Source: Candidatus Cloacimonadales bacterium
Lineage (GTDB): Bacteria > Cloacimonadota > Cloacimonadia > Cloacimonadales > JAFGVF01
Direction of reading: 5' to 3'
Length of the DNA: 64,000 bases
Assembly (NCBI GenBank): GCA_963667035.1
Contig: OY762964.1
Location: 832,001 to 896,000, forward strand
Part shown: one piece after another, positions 41,893 to 50,137 of the stretch
Layout: each line of letters begins with the position of its first letter
Numbering within the stretch: position 1 is the first letter of the stretch
Program-made: the position numbers and the translations under genes
The notes under the pieces: model-generated
Told to the model about the DNA's origin: nothing
The model's input: only the letters and a program-made list of their open reading frames with translations
Databases searched by the model: none

Positions 41893-43269
41893 ATGAAACA
41901 AGTCGGTTTTAAATTTCCTTCAGAGATACGCCAAACTGCTCTAACTCGTGTTGAAGAGGAGTGGTACTTACCTACTCTTGCAAAAAAGCTCGGTAGAGAG
42001 ATAACCCCGGTTAAGAGAAGTAATTTTGGCGAATATGACATGGCAGTACATTACTTAACAACTGTTCTTGAAGAAGCTAAGGCAGTGGAAAAAGTAGCTG
42101 TTTATAATATTGATCATATGGCTCAAATAAGATTTACAGGTAAAGATGCTCTTGCTCTTCTGGACAGAGTACTTCCGGCTAATGTTGAATCCATGAAAAT
42201 AGGTCAGTGTAAATATACACTTCTTCTCAATGAGAAGGGTGGAGTTCAGGATGACTTGATTATCATGAGAGTTGCCGAGGATGATTTCATTCTCGTTATT
42301 AATGCAGGTCACGATTTAACTGATACCGTTGACGGTGTTGAATACATCGCTGATGTCGATAGAATACTTGCTCACAAGAAAGAGGATGAAGATGTTGTTG
42401 CAGAAGACATCTCAGATAAACTCGTTAAGATAGATGTACAAGGACCTTACTCATATAAACTTCTTAAGACTCTTTACGGTCAAGATGTACTTAGAAATCG
42501 TAATAAACCTGATAAGAACATGGGATTCTTCTCATTTAATGAGTTCGATTATGAAGGTAACCATTACTTTATAAGTCGTACTGGATACACTAACAGATGG
42601 GGTTGGGAACTCTATGTTCCGGTTGAAGTTGCTGAAGAACAATTTAAGAGAATCGTATCTGAAGCTTTGGATTTAGGTGGTTTACTAGTAGGTTTAGGCG
42701 GAAGAGATGAGAATCGCTTATCTGCAGGTAATGTAGGTCTTCCTTTAATGGGACAGGAATATACACCGGGTATGACTCCAACAAATGCACCGTTGTTTAA
42801 CGCTGCCTTTGATCTTGATTCAGAGTTTGTCGGTAAAGAAGCTATCATTAATGATATTAAATCAGGTACAGATAAGAGAATGGTACTTGTTATCAGCGAA
42901 GGTATAGCAACTCACAGAGCAGTATATAAAGATGGGGTAAGACTTGGAGAAGTTACGTCAAGTATCAATTCACCTAATGTTTCTCAAGAGAAGAGAGAGT
43001 TTATCGGCTCTACTCGTAAGAGTGTTAATGGGGAAGAAGGCGTTGCGGCAATCGGTTTGGCTTGGCTTGCTAATAATCCTTATAACGTTGATGAAGAAGG
43101 AAACGATATCATAACCGATGGTGATAAACCAATCAGAATATATGTCGATTTCTATAAAGAGGACGAAGACGGTAATCCTAAAGGAAAACCTATGAAGGGT
43201 TACATCTCCGCTGACGGTGTTACACCTGCGACAGCTCCTAAAGCCCTTAAGAATATCGAGAAACTATAG
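41893..43269 (+). CDS. GcvT-family aminomethyltransferase/folate-binding protein
   Basis: IDHMAQI, GGVQDD, VQGP, SRTGYT..GWEL and GLGGRD motifs. Confidence 0.8.
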   Translation: MKQVGFKFPSEIRQTALTRVEEEWYLPTLAKKLGREITPVKRSNFGEYDMAVHYLTTVLEEAKAVEKVAVYNIDHMAQIRFTGKDALALLDRVLPANVESMKIGQCKYTLLLNEKGGVQDDLIIMRVAEDDFILVINAGHDLTDTVDGVEYIADVDRILAHKKEDEDVVAEDISDKLVKIDVQGPYSYKLLKTLYGQDVLRNRNKPDKNMGFFSFNEFDYEGNHYFISRTGYTNRWGWELYVPVEVAEEQFKRIVSEALDLGGLLVGLGGRDENRLSAGNVGLPLMGQEYTPGMTPTNAPLFNAAFDLDSEFVGKEAIINDIKSGTDKRMVLVISEGIATHRAVYKDGVRLGEVTSSINSPNVSQEKREFIGSTRKSVNGEEGVAAIGLAWLANNPYNVDEEGNDIITDGDKPIRIYVDFYKEDEDGNPKGKPMKGYISADGVTPATAPKALKNIEKL

Positions 43270-43322
43270 AAATAGTATTGTTATTATATATGAGCCTGTT
43301 GATTATTCGACAGGCTTTTTTA

Positions 43323-43472
43323 ATTAGTCGGTACGCGGACATCCTTGTCCGCATATCTTTAGGTGCACGGACATCTTGTCCGCATGTTTTTGGAACGCGG
43401 ACATCCTTGTCCGCACATGCATTTGATTTAAATCAAAGCCTGCAGGATGCAGGCGTACCCGGTGTACCCGGT
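43323..43472. repeat. family B REP cluster, block 1
   Basis: Three gg(t/a)acgcggacatc(c)ttgtccgca-like hairpins plus one inverted gcctgca/tgcaggc-gtacc. Confidence 0.85.
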
Positions 43473-43514
43473 GTAGTGCAAGAGCCCTCTCTTGCACATA
43501 GCTCAAGGAGCTAT
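43473..43514 (+). repeat. solo family A REP
   Basis: GTAG-tgcaagag-ccct-ctcttgca plus atagctc/gagctat; compensatory change relative to the RAYT-flanking copies. Confidence 0.85.
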
Positions 43515-43653
43515 GATTACAATCTAGAATCTCAGCTTAATTATAAGTGTAGTACAGCATCATTTAATTCTATCAAAAGATGTAGACAGTGGTACTACCA
43601 GTTAGTTACGCTATATTTGTGTCCCTTTTTCTTTCTCTCACTGCTAAAGTTAT

Positions 43654-43760
43654 CAACGCACTGCGTTTGCACTGTGCAGACACTATGATCACGGTGTCAA
43701 CCCACTGTTTCAGTGCGTGCACACTGCATTCACAGTGGATAAGCAGTGCGTTAAATGCGT
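43654..43760 (-). repeat. 11-bp phased CACTG/CAGTG array, copy 2 (inverted)
   Basis: Motifs at 43659, 43670, 43681, 43692, 43703, 43711, 43722, 43733, 43744, 43753; mirror image of copy 1 spacing. Confidence 0.8.
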
Positions 43761-43866
43761 ATTATTTAATAGTTCGCAGCAACCGAATTGAATCTGTGAA
43801 ATATCAAGAATTTCTATGTATTCATCTTTATTGACGATGAATATTGGATTTATTTATAGAGGTATC

Positions 43867-44015
43867 ATTAGTCGGTACGCGGACATCTTGTCCGCATATA
43901 TTAGGAACGCAAGCATCCTTGCTCGCATATCTTTAGGAACGCGGACATCCTGTCCGCACATGCATTTGATTTAATTCAAAGCCTGCAAGATGCAGGCGTA
44001 CCCGGTGTACCCGGT
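43867..44015. repeat. family B REP cluster, block 2
   Basis: About 150-bp direct repeat of 43323..43472. Confidence 0.85.
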
Positions 44016-44234
44016 ATGGTTGCAATCCTAAATGGATTACCTAATAATAGCCATAGGTCTCAACCTATGGAAAAGATACACCCTTATTATTGGGAGGGGT
44101 CATCGAGTATTCGTTTTAACAACCATGCATTTCATACAGGACTACTCATAGTTTATCCCGTCGGGATATAGACCTATTTGACTTGATTTCCTCTCCAATC
44201 TCATGATTCTCGCATGACAAATAAACACATCAAT

Positions 44235-44320
44235 CATGCAAGACTCTTGCATAACCCTTGCATAAATCCTGCATAATTATGTAAGAGAGTTGTAAGATTC
44301 TTGTAAGTTGGTTGTAAGCC
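44235..44320 (+). repeat. 11-bp phased CTTGC/GTAAG array
   Basis: C(A/T/C)TGC at 44235, 44246, 44257, 44268, then GTAAG at 44281, 44292, 44303, 44314. Confidence 0.75.
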
Positions 44321-44555
44321 TTCTGTGCTTGTTGGTCGAGTGGGATTCGGGGGAGAAAAGGGATAAAATAGTGTTGGCAAGTTACCCTTAAAAGTATCCA
44401 CCCTAGGGAGGTCAAAGTTTTACCAAAAAAATACTACGTAAACTACATGATGCAATATCATCAGAGAAAGATGAACAAAGTAAAGGAGAAGAGCTTACAA
44501 AAGATTCATCAAGGAATAAAAGAAAGATAATTAGAATATTTCCATTTTATATTAG

Positions 44556-45345
44556 TTCAACCCCTTCAGGGTTGCGGTTTTTTGGGGGGCATTTCCCATG
44601 CACGCAAGCGTACATGGCTATTTATATTCAGCACCTCCAGTGCTGATAACAATAATTCCGTCAGGGATAACTCCTAATAATTGTTAATCCTAAAGGGATT
44701 ACCTAATAATAGCCATAGGTTTTAACCTATGGAAAAGGAAACCACAACAATTATCGACCCTACATGGGTTGCACAGGAATAACCATGAAAGGTTTCAATA
44801 TGAATAGCCTTGAATGCAATTCGGGTAGTATGACAAGAATATGTTTCAAACCCGAACGATGGTTGAATTTATCTATGAAATCCGATCACGCCTGATCGGA
44901 TTATTGGCAGTTTAGGATTGCATCGACTATGTCGATGTACATTGACACAGTCAATGTACTGCTAAAGTGTTTAAACAGAATTTGTTGCTAATCATTATGG
45001 GTCGGGATAATAGGTTCTTAAATCAACAATTGGGCAACCCCGCTAAGTTTGAGTTTTTCGTGAACTCTTGCCCATGCACGCAAGCGTACATGGCTATTCA
45101 TATTCAGCACCTACAGTGCTGAGAACAATAATCCTGTCGGGATAATTCCTGCCAATTGTTAATCCTAAAGGGATTACCTAATAATAGCCATAGGTTTCAA
45201 CCTATGGAAAAGGAAACCCCAACAAGAATCGACCCTACATGGGTCGCACAGGAATAACCATGTAAGGTTTCAATATGAATAGCCCTGAATGTAAATTGGG
45301 GATTACGACAAGAATATGCTTCAACCCCAAACGATGGTTGAATTT
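44556..45345. repeat. family C multi-hairpin repeats, two ~276-bp cores
   Basis: Cores at 44595..44870 and 45071..45345; modules of hairpin-aatatgaa-TAGC-hairpin in both orientations; partial copy at 44024..44170. Confidence 0.85.
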
Positions 45346-45531
45346 GTTTATATAAATTGATTACACTAGACCTATGTATAACCATATTCAACCTACATTA
45401 AGGTCGGTCATCGAGGGAGGAACGTTGTAAAATGTTAGCTAATATTGCTATGAGACTTTTGTTGTTGACATTAAAAATCTAATACCTTTTTAATGTTTGA
45501 TAGAAATTGTTATTGATTAATGAGGTGCAAT

Positions 45532-48447
45532 ATGGGGAAAAAAGAGATTAAAACAATTGATGATTTAAGAGAACTTAGTAAACAGATTGATGTATTATAT
45601 AATCTAGGGAAAGAATCTGAAGGTTTAGATTTACTAAATTATGCTTTAGAACAATCCAAAGATATCGATGAAGCATATCACCTCTTCTTTCAAGGAGAAC
45701 TAGAAGGTTATGTAAACAGTGACCATGAAAAACGATTACAACTGTTTAGTGATGCATGTAAAATCGCTAAAGATGATTTTTTCTTGTTAAGAAATAAGGG
45801 TGCCAGTCTTTCGGTACTTGGAAAGATGGAAGAAGCCATTGAGTGTTTTGACAAAGCTTTAGAACTCAATCCTAAGGATTATAATGCATTTAGACAGAAG
45901 GGTGTCAGTCTTTCGGTACTTGGAAAGATGGAAGAAGCCATTGAGTGTTTTGACAAAGCTTTAGAACTCAATCCTAAGGATTATAATGCATTTAGAAGTA
46001 AGGGTGTCAGTCTTTCTAATCTTAACCGTGAAGAAGAAGCAATTGAGTATTATGACAAAGCCATAGAACTCAACCTTAAGGATTATAATGCATTTAGACA
46101 GAAGGGTGTCAGTCTTTCGGTACTTGGAAAGATGGAAGAAGCCATTGAGTGTTTTGACAAAGCTTTAGAACTCAATCCTAAGGATTATAATGCATTTAGA
46201 AGTAAGGGTGTCAGTCTTTCTAATCTTAACCGTGAAGAAGAAGCAATTGAGTATTATGACAAAGCCATAGAACTCAACCTTAAGGATTATAATGCATTTA
46301 GACAGAAGGGTGTCAGTCTTTCTTATCTTAACCGTGAAGAAGAAGCAATTGAGTATTATGACAAAGCCATAGAACTCAATCCTAAGGATTATGATGCTTT
46401 TAGACAGAAGGGTGTCAGTCTTTCAATACTTGGAAAGATGGAAGAAGCAATTGAGTATTATGACAAAGCCATAGAACTCAATCCTAAGGATTATGATGCT
46501 TTTAGAGGTAAGGGTGTCAGTCTTTCTAAGCTTAACCGTGAAGAAGAAGCAATTGAGTATTATGACAAAGCCATAGAACTCAATCCTAAAGATGCATTTG
46601 CTTTTAGAAGTAAGGGTATCAGTCTTTCTAATCTTAACCGTGAAGAAGAAGCAATTGAGTATTATGACAAAGCCATAGAACTCAATCCTAAGGATTATGA
46701 TGCTTTTAGAAGTAAGGGTGTCAGTCTTTCTAAGCTTAACCGTGAAGAAGAAGCAATTGAGTATTATGACAAAGCCATAGAACTCAATCCTAAGGATTAT
46801 GATGCTTTTAGAGGTAAGGGTGTCAGTCTTGGAAAACTTGGAAGGCTTGAAGCATCTATAGTAGAGTTCGACAAAGCCATAGAACTCAATCCTAAAGATG
46901 CATTTGCTTTTAGAAGTAAGGGTATCAGTCTTTCTAAGCTTAACCGTGAAGAAGAAGCAATTGAGTATTTTTACAGAGCTTTAGAGCTCAATCCTAAGGA
47001 TTATGATTCTCTTTTGTTTTTAGGTAATATCCAATACAGACAAGGTAAATATGAGCATGCTAAGCAGCTATTCAACAGGGCTAAACAAACTGCTAAGTAT
47101 AATGATAGTAGAAGTGAATTGAAGCAGTGGGTTCAATTCATGCTAAAAGGGATTGATGCAAAACTACATGATTCATCACAAAAAAATGAAATCGATATAA
47201 AAGATGTAATACATTCAGCTCAGAAAGCAATGAAATATGAATTCAGTGGTTTTAAGAAAAATATGAAGGAGACAGAAGAACTACTAGATTGTTTCATCAC
47301 AGATCAGCCACAATCTAAGTATGAACAGAGTCTGCTATTTACTTTAAGGAAATGGAATTCTTACACTCCAATTTTACCTATGGATAATGGTGAAAGATCA
47401 ATCGGTGGCGGATACTTTATCACGCATCACGGAGAAGGTATAGTAATAGACCCGGGGTTTAACTTCATTGAAAACTTTTGTAATGCAGGATTTGTTCTTA
47501 AAGATATCAATAAAATTATCATTACACATGGACATAATGACCATACAGGTGATTTGGAGTCTCTACTGACATTGTTTTATAAATTGAATGATTTTGATAA
47601 TAATGAGGTTAAGAAACAGAGAGTAGAACTTTACATGAATTTGGGCTCATTTCAAAAATTTGCTGGATTTTTAAACTTAAAAAGTACAAGTTTCATCAAT
47701 AAAATAGTTGTCATAAGCGAGAAGATGTCTATAGAAATCGCTGAAGGGCTAATCATGAATGTACTTCCTGCTTACCACGATGAAATAGTATGTAGAGATT
47801 ATGCTGTTGGCTTGGAGTTTGAGTTTCACTTTAATAATGCCAAATCTAAATCTATTGTTCTTACATCTGATACAGGATATTATCCATCAGATAAAAATGG
47901 TATCTCAAGTACAAAAGATAAAGATGCACTTAGTAGTAGGTACGGTTTTGATGAGGGAAAAGAAATAGATTTGCTAATTCTGCATCTTGGCTCAATAAAA
48001 GAAAGTGAGATTGAGTTAGAAAAAGAATTGAAGGAAGTATTCTATCCTAATCATCTGGGGTTCTTAGGCACATCATGTATGATGTCAAAACTCAAACCTA
48101 AAGTTTCTGTGATTTCTGAATTTGGGGAAGAGTTGAAAAAATTCAGAAAACCCTTAATGGACTTATTTAAAGAAGTTATGAAAGAGCTTGATATTGATGT
48201 AAGACTTTTACCTGCAGATCTCACATTTGTTTATGATATTGAGAACGCAAAATTATATAGTGTTTTGGATGAGAAAAAAGAACCAATAAGTAATATGGAC
48301 TATGATTATATTGAAGACACTAATACTTTTTATTACTATAGCAAAGAATCTAAAAAGAGTATAGCTAATTTACAAAGTAAGGGAGAGAAGTTTATGTCAG
48401 ATCGAAAAACAAAAGGTTTTTACCTAAAACAAGAAAAGGTTAAATAG
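45532..48447 (+). CDS. TPR-array protein fused to a metallo-beta-lactamase-fold hydrolase
   Basis: 12 near-identical 34-aa TPRs; VIDPG, THGHNDH (HxHxDH), AYHD, TSDTG and NHLG motifs; ATG at 45532 after GAGGTG. Confidence 0.88.
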   Translation: MGKKEIKTIDDLRELSKQIDVLYNLGKESEGLDLLNYALEQSKDIDEAYHLFFQGELEGYVNSDHEKRLQLFSDACKIAKDDFFLLRNKGASLSVLGKMEEAIECFDKALELNPKDYNAFRQKGVSLSVLGKMEEAIECFDKALELNPKDYNAFRSKGVSLSNLNREEEAIEYYDKAIELNLKDYNAFRQKGVSLSVLGKMEEAIECFDKALELNPKDYNAFRSKGVSLSNLNREEEAIEYYDKAIELNLKDYNAFRQKGVSLSYLNREEEAIEYYDKAIELNPKDYDAFRQKGVSLSILGKMEEAIEYYDKAIELNPKDYDAFRGKGVSLSKLNREEEAIEYYDKAIELNPKDAFAFRSKGISLSNLNREEEAIEYYDKAIELNPKDYDAFRSKGVSLSKLNREEEAIEYYDKAIELNPKDYDAFRGKGVSLGKLGRLEASIVEFDKAIELNPKDAFAFRSKGISLSKLNREEEAIEYFYRALELNPKDYDSLLFLGNIQYRQGKYEHAKQLFNRAKQTAKYNDSRSELKQWVQFMLKGIDAKLHDSSQKNEIDIKDVIHSAQKAMKYEFSGFKKNMKETEELLDCFITDQPQSKYEQSLLFTLRKWNSYTPILPMDNGERSIGGGYFITHHGEGIVIDPGFNFIENFCNAGFVLKDINKIIITHGHNDHTGDLESLLTLFYKLNDFDNNEVKKQRVELYMNLGSFQKFAGFLNLKSTSFINKIVVISEKMSIEIAEGLIMNVLPAYHDEIVCRDYAVGLEFEFHFNNAKSKSIVLTSDTGYYPSDKNGISSTKDKDALSSRYGFDEGKEIDLLILHLGSIKESEIELEKELKEVFYPNHLGFLGTSCMMSKLKPKVSVISEFGEELKKFRKPLMDLFKEVMKELDIDVRLLPADLTFVYDIENAKLYSVLDEKKEPISNMDYDYIEDTNTFYYYSKESKKSIANLQSKGEKFMSDRKTKGFYLKQEKVK
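45796..47019 (+). repeat. 12 x 102-bp intragenic tandem repeat
   Basis: aagggt recurs every 102 bp from 45796 to 46918; units 2-3 are duplicated as units 4-5. Confidence 0.95.
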
Positions 48448-48457
48448 TTGATGCAAT

Positions 48458-48905
48458 CCAATCCCTTTAGGGTTGCAGTTTATTTTGGGGGTAACTTCCC
48501 ATGCACGCAAGCGTACATGGCTATTCATATTCAGCACCTACAGTGCTGAGAGCAATAATTCCGTCGGGATAATTCCTTACAATTGTTAATCCTGAAGGGA
48601 TTACCTAATAATAGCCATAGGTTTCAACCTATGGAAAAGGAATCCACAACAAGAATCGACCCTACATGGGTCGCACAAGAATTTACCCTGAAAAGGGTTA
48701 CATTTGAGTAGCCCCGAATGCAATTCGGGGTCATGATACCCGAATCCATATCAACCCCAACGGTGGTTGAATTTATTAATGTAACTCGATCACCCTTGAT
48801 TGAAGTGTAAAAATATTCGACCCACTTTGGGGTCGGTTGCCGTTGGTGTATTAGTAACCATGCATTTCATACATGGCTACTCATATTTAATCCCTTTGGG
48901 ATAAG
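48458..48905. repeat. family C multi-hairpin repeat, third core
   Basis: Core 48498..48774 is a direct repeat of the cores at 44595 and 45071. Confidence 0.85.
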
Positions 48906-48967
48906 GATATTATTCCCACCTCCTCTTTTCTCTTGACACTATCAAACCCTCTAAAACTGTTTAAGCT

Positions 48968-50137
48968 ATGGAAATAACAGTCAAAAAATTCGGTGGGACT
49001 TCGGTTGCCGGCATAGAGAAGATAAAACGAATAGCACAAAACCTTGCTGATGCAAAGCGTCGAGGGGAGAACATTGTGACCGTAGTATCGGCTATGGGTA
49101 AGACGACTGATAACCTTACCAGACTAGCTTATAAAGTAACCGGTAATCCCGGAAAAAGAGAAATGGACATGCTACTCACTGCCGGTGAGAGAATAAGTAT
49201 GTCACTACTTTCCATTGCACTACAAGACCTTGGAGTTGAGTCTATCTCATTTACCGGTTCACAGAGCGGGATTATTACCAATTGTAATCACGGTAATGCC
49301 AGAATACTGGATGTGAAAGCTTTTCGTATAAGAGAGGAGCTTGAAAAGGGAAAACTTGTGATTGTTGCCGGATTTCAAGGAGTAAGCGGACAAAAAGAGG
49401 TTACAACTCTGGGCAGAGGAGGCTCGGATACAACCGCTGTTGCACTTGCTGCTTATCTGGGAGCAAAACATTGTGAGATTTATACCGATGTTGACGGGAT
49501 TTATACCACTGATCCGCGTTATAATGATAATGCCGAATGTTTGAAACAAATTGACTATGGTAGCTGCATTGCATTAGCTGCCAGAGGAGCTCAGGTTATA
49601 CATCCGAGAGCTGTAGAATTTGCAAGCATTTACGGTATTGACGTTGAAGTGAAATCTTCATTCACATTCAGTGTGGGAACAATGATAGGAGATAGCGAAG
49701 AAATGGAAGAACGTAAAATAACAGCTTTAACCTCCAGAGAGGATTTGTTAGCAGTAACGATAGATTGTGAAGAGCTTTACGGACGTATCATAGAAAAGAT
49801 TGGCTTTGAGCTCTTTGCCTATCAGATTGATAAAGGCAATCTGATTCTGTTTCTTGAAGATAAATATGAGAGTGAACTGGTTGATATTCTTAGTAAGCTT
49901 GAATGTCAGCCCTGTTTGATGCAAAGAAATATAAGTTGTATCACAGTAGTTGGGGCAGGTATTCAATCTAATCTGATATTGGTTAGAGAGCTACTCGAAC
50001 TATTCAAAGAAGAACAAGAAACCCTGCTATACATGAACACACCGATTAACGGAATCTCCTTTTACATTGAGAGTGAGAAAATTACTGATTTAGTATCTGA
50101 TATTCATAATAGATTTATAGAAACCAAGGATAAATAG
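48968..50137 (+). CDS. aspartate kinase
   Basis: KFGGTSV, VVSAMG, TTLGRGGSD and YTDVDG motifs; degenerate ACT region. Confidence 0.92.
   Translation: MEITVKKFGGTSVAGIEKIKRIAQNLADAKRRGENIVTVVSAMGKTTDNLTRLAYKVTGNPGKREMDMLLTAGERISMSLLSIALQDLGVESISFTGSQSGIITNCNHGNARILDVKAFRIREELEKGKLVIVAGFQGVSGQKEVTTLGRGGSDTTAVALAAYLGAKHCEIYTDVDGIYTTDPRYNDNAECLKQIDYGSCIALAARGAQVIHPRAVEFASIYGIDVEVKSSFTFSVGTMIGDSEEMEERKITALTSREDLLAVTIDCEELYGRIIEKIGFELFAYQIDKGNLILFLEDKYESELVDILSKLECQPCLMQRNISCITVVGAGIQSNLILVRELLELFKEEQETLLYMNTPINGISFYIESEKITDLVSDIHNRFIETKDK

Noticed and set aside
43323..44015. ~31-bp periodic palindromes as a mini-CRISPR
   Set aside because: Gaps between hairpins are under 10 bp, the last hairpin is inverted and there are no cas genes; REP-like instead.
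43278..45391. Short track ORFs in the repeat hotspot, and similarly 59443..59751
   Set aside because: They run through palindromic repeats or the structured element and lack an RBS and recognisable protein motifs.
45796..47019. TPR variation as the product of a diversity-generating retroelement
   Set aside because: No reverse transcriptase or non-coding template repeat in the window, and the changes are block-wise rather than adenine-specific.
48780..48967. Lysine riboswitch upstream of aspartate kinase
   Set aside because: The sequence is accounted for by family C hairpin modules, with no lysine-aptamer signatures.
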